Numbered from the stretch's first letter, positions 26,581 to 41,069 are shown. The stretch: DNA of 64,000 nucleotides from Chrysomallon squamiferum (GCA_012295275.1 CM022670.1:25482001-25546000); one strand, 5' to 3'. The notes: a model not told the origin generated them from the letters alone. Numbers and translations are program-made.

Positions 26581-27439
26581 TTGGTGAGCAAAATCTAACC
26601 GGAACAAATGAATGAAATAATGCTCGTAAATGTTTTAAAAACGTCCATATAACAAATATACTTGTAGATATTTGACAGCAACGTAGCTGTCCAATCCAAA
26701 ACAGATATATCTGATTTACTTGTTCACGTGATAGGAATGGAGGAGAAAGGATCAGTTACATTTGTGGGTTGCTACATTTATACGACTGGGACAGGACTTT
26801 TATTTTTTATTTTGTTTTTAATTTTATTTCATTCCAAATAAAACATCTACACTATAAACATATGTTTACCTTGTATGTAAGAAAGTTCTGTCTCTATATT
26901 ATAGAGAATCGTATAGGTAAATTGTATTTGATATTATAAAACAGCATTTGTTATTTAGTCATAGCTATTTACTGAAATATGCGTTGAAAAAAAAACAGAT
27001 TAGTGCATTTTTAAACATCAGAAATAAATTGTTCAAATATGTATTATTTTCATAAACCCAATGCAGTTTCGAAGTGTGTATATAAAATACAGAGCTCAGT
27101 ACAAGCACAGTAAGAGACAATTCGATATTTCTTTCGTGTGGTTAGAGAATAGATAAGCTATTTATTGATGAATAAACATAAAAGACTGAACTGACATCTC
27201 GTGTTCGTCTCGGGTCACCTCAGTGTGCCCGCATCTGTTGTTATATAATACTATATAATACTGTAGCAGTCGAGGATAGCTAATGATGATAATGGGGATG
27301 ACAGTGCAGTTTATTTCCCAAAAGTCAAACATTCCATTATGTTATGTTTTATTCTTTTACATTATTTCGTTCTTTATTTGTTTCTTTATTGCTTTCTTTA
27401 TTTCCGAAAATACCAACAACTGACATATAATATTTCACA

Positions 27440-27690
27440 GTCCAAGAAAATGGGAGTCAGAATAAGCATATTCTGTTGGTGTTTTGTGTCCTGTCAAGAG
27501 GTGCATTTGTTGTTGGCGTAGGTCAAAGTCAACTTGCTAGTATTTCCTACGTTTTGGTGCCAACTTATCACCAGCACTGAATATAATGACTGAATATAAG
27601 ACACTCACTATAGCGATTGAAGCGTTCAGGCGCATCACTTGATCCCTTACTAATCGCTACAGACTTCGGGCAGAGTGAGGTTAAACCGTT
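27440..27690 (-). mobile_element. MULE-like relic, internally deleted paralog
   Basis: Homologous to 13630-14005; another copy at about 34375-34625. Confidence 0.55.
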
Positions 27691-28769
27691 CGTCTCGAGT
27701 AACTGAACCTTTTGTAAGCAGACTTTTAGACCTTATTTCACTTAAAGTAGTAGAATTTTAATAATAATGTTTTTTTGTTGTTGTTGTTGTTTTTTAAATG
27801 TGTAAATACGAATATAGTTCTATTTATTAAAGTACAACAATGAGTATCTCCATAGTATGGATTTTACCATTGGAAGTACCTGTTCTACACGGTAGATTAG
27901 ACAGCACTTGGAGCTGGATGTCAGACTGTAGTGAAACACCGTGTGACGATTATTCCCAAAACAAATTGTAAGTAAAACCAATACCTGGTGGCATTACTAC
28001 CCTATCTGTTCAAATGACTTTCGATCTGCAGATGGACGCATTACAATGAAATACTGTCTGAGTTAAAATTTAAACAGTGCACAGATATATTACCTATTTT
28101 ATATCTCAGAATACAAAATTAAATTTAAAGATAACAATGGCAAGAACAAAATTATAATTATTATATCCTAATGTTGGTGGTTTTGTAATACCATATATAT
28201 CTTAATAATATTTTCAAGTTCATAAATATTCAGAAGCAGTTGTATTATACATTTAAACTGTTTCAAAATACTCTGAATTCGTAACAGTAGCGATAAATGA
28301 ATTTAGAAATACCCACTGCCCAGTTTATTTGTATGGAAATTGTCTTGAGTACCTATTATTTGAGGCACAAACAGAGAAAAAAATGAATTAAATGTAATCC
28401 GCCAACGTGTTTATGTTTATACTGCAACCGAGAGTTAGCTGATCTAATCGTGTTAATGTCATATATTGCATTATATTATAGCCTTTCATGATGTCATGAA
28501 GGTTTAACCTCACTGTGACCGTCGTGTGCAGCGATTAGTTTGGGCAGAAAGAGAGAAAAACATTGTACATTGTAATCCACCAACATGATGTCATGAAGAC
28601 CCTATTGATTTCTAATCCAATCTGACGTGCTACAGGTTTTATTTTTGGTTTAGGACTTTATATTACACGGACAAATATTTAGTACTACATATACATTATG
28701 TCAGAAGCAATGATAAATCACCATCATTTTTAAATCGAAATCGCGAATGCACTGAATACATTGTACATA

Positions 28770-29035
<266 letters not shown>

Positions 29036-30222
29036 TAAATCCAGATGTTCATTGTAATGCAGTGTGAACTATCAATTATTTAATGTTTTATTCCATTCTG
29101 CAATTTTAAATGACTGTGAAAATTTCATTAACCCTGTCTTCGTATTTTCAAAGGATATCGATAAGAAGAAATAGATAATATCTACCGAATTTCTTCTTTT
29201 CTTTTTGAAGAACAACGTGTATTATATTGTTTATTAACTTTAAGGATTTCGGCTGACAAAAAAAAAAAAATATAATAAAAAAGATTTAATACATTTGACA
29301 AATGCGGTTTTAATAATTATACTGCACTCCTTGCTTAGAGACGTATCTTTTATGTGCATATATAGGCATCCATTAATACTAAATTATAGGACTAGTAGAG
29401 CATATATAATGCTACTGTTGTAGGTTTCTGCTCTATCAAAACATTCCAGAAACAATTATTTACAGTATATTAAAATTCCAGGCTCTGTATCGATATCAGT
29501 GTTTAGCGTTACAAGTCGACTGTTGTTGTTTTTTGAGAAATAAACTATGCTGCAATACACTATTGTTTCATCATTTGCTATCCTTGACTGCTTCAGTAAT
29601 ATACAACAATATGTGCGAGCACAATGAGACGACTCGTCACGAAGATACTACTGATTTCTGTTGCAATCTTACGTGCTCCAGGTTTCAGTTTTTGCTTTAG
29701 AGCTTTATTTTACATGGAAAAGTATTTAGTATTACATATACACTATATCAGAAGCAATGATAAATACCTATTATCTTTAAGTTGCAATCGCAAATACTTT
29801 CAATGCATCTGTACATACACACATATACATATACACACATACAGACACACACAAACATACAAACATACATACATAGAAACATACATAGGCACATACAAAC
29901 TGACATACATACATACATACACACACATACATACATACATACATACATACATACATACATACATACATACATACATACTTACATACATACTTACATACAT
30001 GCATATATACATATACATACATGCAAGCTCTGTATTGGTATCAGTATTCAACAGTTATCATTATGTGCCGCGCCCCGAATCTCACAGTAACTGAAATTGT
30101 ATTTAATACCGTAATCATTCGTAAAAAGAATATACTGAGATCTCACTGTGTATTTAATAACTTGAAAAAAATATTCACTTATCTAGCGTACAATTAGCGT
30201 AACATTCGAAATATATAAATAA

Positions 30223-30269
<47 letters not shown>

Positions 30270-30460
30270 AATCAAACTACTGATTTGGCCTAATGCCTGA
30301 GGTATTTAGACTATAGATCGTCAGGCGTTTAGTCTAATGATTGAATTTAATATTCTGTAATTTTTGTTTTCCTTTGTTTTCTCACTGATTAAATAAACTG
30401 GTATAACCTCATTTTATAATATTATTATTTATTGTAATAATGTTATCCTGCCGTTCTTAA

Positions 30461-30506
<46 letters not shown>

Positions 30507-30983
30507 AGCAAAGAGATTAAATACTTTTCTAGTAAGAAATTAAATACTTTTCTGCTAGCTGTTACATATATAATAATATGCAGTATGTAATATGGTACAT
30601 ACGGAATAGCGATTTGCGTTATTATGACTAATATACTGTACTGCAGTGAAATAATTAGTGAGTTTGAAACTAATTTAACTGTTATATTTCATTTGATATT
30701 TATATCATTAAATCACATATGAACCTTAAAACTTATTTTATTGGGGTTTTATTTTGTTTTGTTTTGTTTTGTATATATTTATTTTTAGCTGACATTGCTG
30801 AAACATCAAAACGCTTCAAATCAACATATACTTTGAGACTACAATGTTAAAAAAAAATAGTTTTTATATGTATTGTGAGTGAAAGGAACTAAAAAGAGAG
30901 AACGATATTGAGTTTAATTTATTTATATTTTAGGATTTTCGAAATAATGTAAATGACTATTCTTGGGAAAAAAGAAACAAAGA

Positions 30984-31058
<75 letters not shown>

Positions 31059-31295
31059 ATTATTATAATAATTTTTTAAATGATACTAAATGATAATTAT
31101 CAGCACTTCTAATGAAAACTGAACTACTGCAACAATTATTGTCAAATTGTATTTTTCATCTAATAATTAAATTTGTTATTTGCAGGGATTCTATTATAAA
31201 GATAAAAATCAACAGCTCCCATTAACATAACTGACGCCTGCCAACGAAATAAATATTAGAGTCACATGAGAAGTAGTTCTTCCACTTTAAAGAAA

Positions 31296-31529
31296 ATGTA
31301 CAGCCTGAAACAGTTCAGATCGAAGGAGTTTATGTACTATTCGACACCTTCTCTGATACTTGTTATAATATTTTATTATATTTATGTGACAAGTGTTCAG
31401 TATTGGAGCCTGGCATTAAGGATATTTAACAACAGGCACGTTGTCTTGAAAAGCGGGGGAGAAGGTACTATAGATGTAGTTTTAAATGTTCCAGGTCCTT
31501 GAGAACGATTTACAGAACTTTTCAGAAGA
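31296..31529 (+). pseudogene. GT31 type B N-terminal remnant (copy 3)
   Basis: MYSLKQFRSKEFMYYSTPSLILVIIFYYIYV... (tail, TM, stem), then fused directly to the 3' flank sequence (AGATTTATAAAATCTGAG, cf. 9909). Confidence 0.8.
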
Positions 31530-31720
31530 TTTATAAAATCTGAGAAAACATGTTATAATGAAAATAAAGAAATCATATTTTGACAATATTTTATATTATG
31601 TTTGAAGTATTTCTGTAAATAGTTATTGTGATTAAAATAATGTTACAGAGATGACAGAAGTTTTCTTTTATCAAAAATATTATGTACAGTCTATTATCTA
31701 TTCGTTTAAAATATCTTCTA

Positions 31721-32875
31721 TTAGTTTCCCACTGTGGAAGTAACATTATGACAGAAGACTACTGGATTCACCTCATTTTTCATTTCAGGTCCTAGCTGAG
31801 ATAGTGCTGCGAACCACATCTTTTCGATGGCTTCGATCTTTTTCCCAGCAAGCGCAGCCAAATAAGAACAGTTTTTGGTTTTCGTGTAGCAGTCGAGACC
31901 AACATTTACCTTCATTACCGCGATTGGCAGAATGCTTTCAAATGTCACATTACCCACCTTGTTTGGAAGCATTCCAAACAAGTAAAGATCATCTATCCAA
32001 AAGAACGGAGTTATGTAAGCAGCTTGATATAGCGGATATATTAGGTCACGCGATATAAGAACTAGGTACCCCGTACAATAGTGAAATGGATATTTGACAT
32101 AGCCACGAAATATTTTCTTGTCCACAACCCAGTTAGTTTTCCTTCTGTGGATGGGGTTGGCTCCGTTCTTTCGAAGGGGACAAAACATGGAACGTTTACT
32201 CGAAATTAATTTAGGATAAAACTTGTCCATTAGAATGAAAACGTTGAGAAATATGTCGTCGTCTACTTTGACAATCATTTCGGCTTCTTGACAAAATTCA
32301 TGTATCCATCTAAAAGCCAGAACTCCTTTGTGAGTCAGATTGTGATATGTGTCAAGGAAATTTCCCTGCACATCACCATACACAACACTTTCTTTTTCTA
32401 TCAGCTTCTGAATGCTTTGGTTCTTTGGTATTCCAAAGAAAAACACTATCCTGAACTGAAATTTAGGAAATATATTTCTGTTGGCCCACGTTTCTCGAAT
32501 TATTCTGCGATTTCTAACATTTGTCGTCGCACTGTGGACAATGATTAGAAACTTTAAGTTTGTCACATTTACACAGATACTAGGATTGTTTATTATGTAA
32601 GGTGATTCGAGAGTCAATGCATACTGTGTTCGCTTTGAGATTTTTATGAAGCTAGTAGCTTTAATTTCATTTTCTTTTGCAGAGGCTATTCTTTTGTCAG
32701 TATGATTTAACACTGGTACATCAGTAATACTATTTACCTTCATAAGGAGATGTTTCGTCATATATTTGCTGTTGAGAAATATATATCTATAGTTAATATA
32801 AAGTGAAACACAATTTATTATCAATAATAACAGAATGAAAGGGACAGCGAAAGGAATTCCTTTGGCCTGTACCAT
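31721..32875 (-). CDS. GT31 beta-1,3-galactosyltransferase-like protein, type C (384 aa, open; one-codon deletion)
   Basis: All motifs present, but GDVQG instead of GDIVQG, TNW instead of (S/T)KW, and YCTG. Confidence 0.9.
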   Translation of the reverse strand: MVQAKGIPFAVPFILLLLIINCVSLYINYRYIFLNSKYMTKHLLMKVNSITDVPVLNHTDKRIASAKENEIKATSFIKISKRTQYALTLESPYIINNPSICVNVTNLKFLIIVHSATTNVRNRRIIRETWANRNIFPKFQFRIVFFFGIPKNQSIQKLIEKESVVYGDVQGNFLDTYHNLTHKGVLAFRWIHEFCQEAEMIVKVDDDIFLNVFILMDKFYPKLISSKRSMFCPLRKNGANPIHRRKTNWVVDKKIFRGYVKYPFHYCTGYLVLISRDLIYPLYQAAYITPFFWIDDLYLFGMLPNKVGNVTFESILPIAVMKVNVGLDCYTKTKNCSYLAALAGKKIEAIEKMWFAALSQLGPEMKNEVNPVVFCHNVTSTVGN

Positions 32876-33112
32876 TTTCGGTTCATTTATTTAACAAAGA
32901 CTGCAAGTTGTATTAATTTTATTTTTTCATGAGAACGTTAGTTTCCCCTTTCTTCGGTTTACAGCAGTAGAATCTGTAAATAGAAAGAAAAAGGAAGTCA
33001 TTTCTATACAATCTTTTTTATTATAATGCTCTCACTGGTTTTTTATTACGATCATTCTCAGACACATATAGATGTGTTACTGGTGAAATTTTATGACTAT
33101 AATCAAAGTTGA

Positions 33113-33160
<48 letters not shown>

Positions 33161-33297
33161 TAATAATAATAATAATAATAATAGTAATAATAATAATAAT
33201 AAATAAATAAATAAATAAATAATACCCACATTACCATCATTCTCAGACACATATACATGTGTTACTGGTGAAATTTTATGACTATAATCAAAGTTGA

Positions 33298-33367
<70 letters not shown>

Positions 33368-35709
33368 AATAAATAAATAAATAATACCCACATAAGTATA
33401 TTTATTGGAAAGAAGCTCCACTCTACTTTTTTATTATATTCAATCAAAATATATGATAAACGAATAGTCTTTCTTAAAGGTTTGCCAAATAATTAGTTTA
33501 ATTCTATAATAACACTTACTTGGTGAGCAAAATCTAACCGGAACAAATGAATGAAATAATGCTCGTAAATGTTTTAAAAACGTCCATGTAACAAATATAC
33601 TTGCAGATATTTGACAGCAACGTAGCTGTCCAATCCAAAACAGATATATCGGATTTACTTGTTCACGTGATAGGAATGGAGGAGAAAGGATCAGTTACAT
33701 TTGTGGGTTGCTACATTTATACGACTGGAACAGGACTTTTATTTTTATTTTGTTTTTAATTTTATTTCATTCCAAATAAAACATCTACACTATAAACATA
33801 TGTTTACCTTGTATGTAAGAAAGTTCTGTCTCTATATTATACAGAATCGTATAGGTAAATTGTATTTGATATTATAAAACAGCATTTGTTATTTAGTCAT
33901 AGCTATTTACTGAAATATGCGTTGAAAAAGAAACAGATTAGTGCATTTTTAAACATCAGAAATAAATTGTTCAAATATGTATTATTTTCATAAACCCAAT
34001 GCAGTTTCGAAGTGTGTATATAAAATACAGAGCTCAGTACAAGCACAGTAAGAGACAATTCGATATTTCTTTCGTGTGGTTAGAGAATAGATAAGCTATT
34101 TATTGATGAATAAACATAAAAGACTGAAATGACATCTCGTGTTCGTCTCGGTCACCTCAGTGTGCCCGCATCTGTTGTTATATAATACTATATAATACTG
34201 TAGCAGTCGAGGATAGCTAATGATGATAACGGGGATGACAGTGCAGTTTATTTCCCAAAAGTCAAACATTCAATTATGTTATGTTTTATTCTTTTACATT
34301 ATTTCGTTCTTTATTTGTTTCTTTATTGCTTTCTTTATTTCCGAAAATACCAACAACTGACATATAATATTTCACAGTCCAAGAAAATGGGAGTCGGAAT
34401 AAGCATATTCTGTTGGTGTTTTGTGTCCTGTCAAGAGGTGCATTTGTTGTTGGCGTAGGTCAAAGTCAACTTGCTGGTATTTCCTACGTTTTGGTGCCAA
34501 CTTACCACCAGCACTGAATATAATGACTGAATATAAAGACACTCACTATAGCGATTGAAGCGTTCAGGCGCATCACTTGATCCCTTACTAATCGCTACAG
34601 TCTTCGGGCAGAGTGAGGTTAAACCGTTCGTCTCGAGTAACTGAACCTTTTGTAAGCAGACATTTAGACCTTATTTCACTTAAAGTAGTAGAATTTTAAT
34701 AATAATGTTTTTTTGTTGTCGTTGTTGTTTTTTAAATGTGTAAATACGAATATAGTTCTATTTATTAAATTACAACAATGAGTATCTCCATAGTATGGAT
34801 TTTACCATTGAGAGTACCTGTTCTACACGGTAGATTAGACAGCACTTGGAGCTGGATGTCAGACTGTAGTGAAACACCGTGTGACAATTATTCCCAACAC
34901 AAATTGTAAGTAAAACCAATACCTGGTGGCATTACTACCCTATCTGTTCAAATGACTTTCGATCTGCAGATGGACGCATTACAATGAAATACTGTCTGAG
35001 TTAAAATTTAAACAGTGCACAGATATATTACCTATTTTATATCTCAGAATACAAAATTAAATTTAAAGATAACAATGGCAAGAACAAAATTATAATTATT
35101 AAATCCTAATGTTGGTTTTGTAATACCATATATATCTTAATAATATTTTCAAGTTCATAAATATTCAGAGGCAGTTGTATTATACATTTAAACTGTTTCA
35201 AAATACTCTGAATTCGTAACAGTAGCGATAAATGAATTTAGAAATACCCACTGCCCAGTTTATTTGTATGGAAATTATCTTGAGTACCTATTATTTGAGG
35301 CACAAACAGAGAAAAAAATGAATTAAATGTAATCCGCCAACGTTTTATGTTTATACTGCAGCCGAGAGTTAGCTGATCTAGTCGTGTTAATGTCATATAT
35401 TGCATTATATTATAGCCTTTCATGATGTCATGAAGGTTTAACCTCACTGTGACCGTCGTGTGCAGCGATTAGTTTGGGTAGAAAGAGAGAAAAACATTGT
35501 AAATTGTAATCCACCAACATGATGTCATGAAGACCCTATTGATTTCTAATCCAATCTGACGTGCTACAGGTTTTATTTTTGGTTTAGGGCTTTATATTAC
35601 ACGGACAAATATTTAGTACTACATATACATTATGTCAGAAGCAATGATAAATCACCATCATTTTTAAATCGAAATCGCGAATGCACTGAATACATTTGTA
35701 CATACATTC

Positions 35710-35740
<31 letters not shown>

Positions 35741-36019
35741 CATACATATATACACATGCACGCACACACGCAGACTCGCATACACACACATAAATCCAGA
35801 TGTTCATTGTAATGCAGTGTGAAATATCAATTATTTAATGTTTTATTCCAATTTTAATGACTGTGAAAATTTCATTAACCCTGTCTTCATATTTTCAAAG
35901 GATATCGATAAGAAGAAATAGATAATATCTACCGAATTTCTTCTTTTCTTTTTGAAGAACAACGTGTATTATATTGTTTATTAACTTTAAGCATTTCACC
36001 TGACAAATATATCTTTCAC

Positions 36020-36050
<31 letters not shown>

Positions 36051-37445
36051 TATTAAATACATTTGACAAATGCAGTTTAAATAATTATTCTGCACTCCTT
36101 CCTTAGAGACATATCTTTTATGTGCATATATAGGCATCCATTAATACTAAATTATAAGACTAGTAGAGCAGCATATAATGTTACTGTTGTAGATTAGTGC
36201 TCTATCAAAACGTTCCAGAAACAATTATTTACAGTATATTTAAATATATTTCATACATAGGCACATAGGAATTGTTTTTTCGATTTATTTAGGTGTATAT
36301 TCCTTCCCGTAGATAGAAACATATCATGGCATTAGATATACAAGTGTTGTGGAACACTGGGTGGAACGGGAAACAGAGTAATACGAAATGTTAAGACAGT
36401 TATTATTTGTTTTTAAAAAATCTGATCTATTTTATGAAAAGCTTTTTAAAGTTACTTTTCTCTTATGTCCAGTAGCTATACAGTAACTAAAAATCTGTGT
36501 ATGTTATTGAATTTAATATTCTGTAATTTTTGTTTTCCTTTGTTTTCTCATTGATTAAATAAACTGGTATAACATCATTTTATAATATTATTATTTATTG
36601 TAATAATGTTATCCTGCCGTTCTTAATCTTATATGTATATATCTAGCAAAGAGATGTAAGAAATTAAATACTTTTCTGCTAGCTGTTACATATATAATAA
36701 TATGCAGTATGTAATATGTTACATACGGAATAGCTTTTTGCGTTATTATGACTAATATACCGAACTGCACTGAAATAATGTGTGAGTTTGAAACTAATTT
36801 AACTGTTATATTTCATTTGATATTTATATCATTAAATCACATATAAACCTTAAAACTTGTTTTATTGGGGTTTTATTTTGTTTTGCTGTTCGCTATATTT
36901 ATTTTTTGCAGACATTGCTGAAATGTGAAAACGCTTCAAATGAACATATATCTTAACAGTACAATGTTAAAAAAAAGAGAGTTTTTATATGTATTGTGAG
37001 TGAAAGGAACTGAAAAGAGAGAACGATATTGAATTTAATTTATTTATATTTCAGGATATTCAGGATGTCTCTGATTAATCCATAAAATATGTGAATGCTC
37101 GGGAAGTTTAGAAATACACATTCTTCACTCAAGTAAATTATCCATTTTCGAATTTTATTTTGATTTTATTTAAAGAATTTTTCACCTTTCGGAAATCTGA
37201 TTTTATAAAGACAAGCTATACACAAAGCACTGGTGATACGTAACGATATCTACACACTGTACATTAAAATATTCTGAGAACCCCCACCCTTATATATATA
37301 GAAGAAATAAAAAAATATGTATCTGCTTCGCGTAGTCAACCTAAAAAATAGTTTTCAGGTTCAAGGGAGAGAACTCCTGAAATCAACAAAAGCTGATGTC
37401 TGCGCCCTTTTCGAAATAATATAAATGATTATTGTTGGGAAAAAA

Positions 37446-37520
<75 letters not shown>

Positions 37521-37823
37521 TCCTAAATCACAACTTTACCATAATGATGATGATAATGAAATATTATTATTAGTAGTAATAGTATTTGTATAATTATAAT
37601 TTTTTTAATGATCCTAAATGATAATTATCAGCACTTCTAATGAAAACTGAACTACTGCAACAATTATTGTCAAATTGTATTTTTCATCTAATAATTAATT
37701 TTTTTATTTGCATGTATTCTATTGTAAAGATAAAAATGAACAACTCCCATTAACATAACTGATGCCTGCCAACGAAATAAATATTAGGGTCACCTGAGAA
37801 CTATTTCAGCTACTTTAAACTAA

Positions 37824-38066
37824 ATGTACAGCCTGAAACAGTTCAGATCGAAGGAGTTTATATACTACTCGACCCCTTATCTGATACTTGTTATAACATT
37901 TTATTATATTTATGTGACAAGTCTTCAGTATAGGAACCTGGCATTAAGGATATTTAACAATACGCACGTTGTCTTGAAAAGCGCTGTTGAGAATCCTGAC
38001 GGTACTATCGATGTAGTTTGAAATGTTCCAGGCCTTTCAGAACGATTTGCAGAATTTTTCAGGAGA
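37824..38066 (+). pseudogene. GT31 type B N-terminal remnant (copy 4)
   Basis: MYSLKQFRSKEFIYYSTPYLILVITFYYIYV..., with the same deletion junction as copy 3. Confidence 0.8.
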
Positions 38067-38353
38067 TTTATAAAATCTGAGAAAACATGTTATAATGACA
38101 ACAAAGAAACCATATTTTGACTATGTTTTATATTATGTTTGAAGTATTTTTGTAAAGAGTTATTGTGATTAAAATAATGTTACAGAGATGACAGACGTTT
38201 TCTTTTATCTTTATATATATAAAGATAAATGTTAATCTCTAGAGAAAACAAATCAGTATGGAGAACATTTCTACTATTATTATATTGAGTTTAAGACATT
38301 TCAGAAAAAACATAGGACAAATACTCAGAATTCATCTTTTCTTTAAAAAAAAC

Positions 38354-38409
<56 letters not shown>

Positions 38410-38568
38410 GAATATTTATTTTAACCATACATTTTTATCTGAAATATAATAATAACAAAACCAATTTTTTTTTAAATTGTTTTTTTAATTTTATTGTTTT
38501 ACACAAATAGTATTATTGCCAAAAATGTTATGTACAGTCTATTATGTATGCGTATTAAAAATGTTCTA

Positions 38569-39727
38569 TTAGTTTCGCACTGTGGAAGTAACATTATAAT
38601 ACAACACCACTGGATTCACTTCATTTTTCATTTCAGGTCCTAGCTGAGACACTGCTGCGAACCACATCTTTTCCACGGCTTCGATCTTTTTCCCAGCAAG
38701 CACAGCCAAATAAGAACAGTTTCTCGTTTTCGTGTAGCAGTCGAGACCAACATTTAACCTTCATGACCGCGATTGGCAGAATGCTCTCAAACGTCACATT
38801 ACCCACCTTGTTTGGAAGCATTCCAAACAAGTAAAGATCATCTATCCAAAAGAACGGAGTTATGTAAGCAGCTTGATATAGCGGATATATTAGGTCACGC
38901 GATATAAGAACTAGGTAGCCCATGCAATAGTGAAATGGATATTTGACATAGCCACGAAATATTTTCTTGTCCACAACCCATTTACTTTTCCTTCTGTGGA
39001 TGGGGTTGGTTCCTTTCTTTCGAAGGGGACAAAACATGGAACGTTTTCTCGAAATTAATTTAGGATAAAACTTGTCCATTAGAATGAAAACGTTGAGAAA
39101 TATGTCGTCATCTACTTTGACAATCATTTCGGCTTCTTGACAAAATTCATGTATCCATCTGAAAGCCAGAACTCCTTTGTGAGTCAGATTGTGATATGTG
39201 TCAAGGAAATTTCCCTGAACGATATCACCATTCACAACACTTTCTTTTTCTATCAGCTTCTGAATGATTTGGTTCTTTGGTATTCCAAAGAAAAACACTA
39301 TCCTGAACTGAAATTTCGGAAATATATTTCTGTTGGCCCACGTTTCTCGAATTATTCTGCGATTTCTAACATTTGTCGTCGCACTGTGGACAATGATTAA
39401 AAACTTTAAGTTTGTCACATTTACACAGATACTGGGATTGTTTATTATGTAAGGTGAATCGAGAGTCAGTGCATACTGTGTTCGCTTTGAGATTTTTATG
39501 AAGGTAGAATTTTTAATTTCATTTTCTTTTGCAGAGGCTACTCTTTTGTCAGTATCATTTAACACTGTTACATATGGAATACTATTTACCTTCAAAAGGA
39601 GGTGTTTCAGCATATATTTGCTGTTGAGAAGTATATATCTCTCTTTAGTATAAAGTGAAAAATAATTCATTATCAATAATAGCAATATGAAGGAGATAAC
39701 GAAAGGAATTCCTTTGGTCTGAACCAT
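38569..39727 (-). pseudogene. GT31 type C gene with a +1 frameshift near the C-terminus (pseudogene or consensus error)
   Basis: ATG at 39727 (the track's start at 39733 is TTG). One extra base in CATTTAACCTT at about 38753-38759. The normal C-terminal frame continues to TAA at 38569. Confidence 0.8.
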
Positions 39728-41069
39728 TTTCAATTCATTTATTTAACAAAGACTGCAAGTTGTATTAATTTAATTTTTTCATTAGTATTCTTTCTCCGGT
39801 TTACAGCAGTCGAATCTGTAAATAAAAAGAAAAAGAAAGTAATTTCTATACAGTCTCTTGTATTACAATGCTCTAACTGTTTTTTTATTACCATCATTTT
39901 CAAACACATATAGATTATAAATGTTGTTATTTTATGACTACAATCAAATGTGAATATTAGAACAACAACAAAAATAACAAGAATAATAAATGAATAAATA
40001 AATAAATATTTTTTGTCTTTAACGAAAATAACACCGACATATATAGGTTTATTGGAAAGAAACTCCACTCTACTTTGTGTTGTATTAGACACTGGTTATA
40101 GTCAACCAAAATATATGATAAACGATGACTCGTTCTTAAAAGCAGGACAAAGAATTAGTTTAATTCTATTATGGCACTGGCAGGCTTTCCACTCCTACAC
40201 AAATAAGTTTTATAAACAAATGGAAGTTATTGTTTCTTGTTCACGTGCTAGAAAGGGGTTAAGGATCTGGCTGTGATCTGTTTGTGATTAGTTAGAAAAC
40301 AAAATTAATGACATAGCGTTTGTGAACTTGTACAATTATAAAACTGTAACATGCTTTTTATTTTTTACTTTTCATTTATTTTTTCCTATAGACAAAATAA
40401 AGCGTCTACATTATAAAAAAGTATCTTTTACTATAAAGAAATGTTAACCTTGTATATAATAAAGTTCTGTATCTATGTTAACATAAAAAGTATATATTAA
40501 CTGTATTTGATATTATATAACAGCATTTGTTATTTAGTCACAGTTTTGTACTTAAATTATATGCTGAAAAAATCATTAGTGCACAAAATTCCATTTTTAA
40601 AGTATGATTAAACAGCAGAAATAAATTGTTCAATCATGTATTACTGTCTTAGAGCAAATGGAGTAAGCAGACTTTTTCAAAGGATTTTGGCTTTTCATCC
40701 AGCTTAATTTGCATCGCAATGTTACAATGAACAATATATCATATAAAGCTGAAGGTAATATTTTCTCTTGAAAATTATTTCTTTCAATTTTTACAACCTA
40801 GGATAGGACTGTTGATTTTTTTTTTACCCTTAAAGTTTAGGGAATATTTGTGGAGTGTTTATATATTTTATATATTTTTATTTTTTGTAATGTCACTAAA
40901 CTAGATTTTTTTTTTAATTATACCATAAAATTTTATTTTAAAAAGTCACTGGGGATCATCTTTTTATATAATTAATTTTTCTCTTGTTTTTATTTTGTTT
41001 TATTATTATTATTTTTTTTTATTATTATTTATTATTTATTTATATATTTAGTTGTTTTTATTGATTGTT

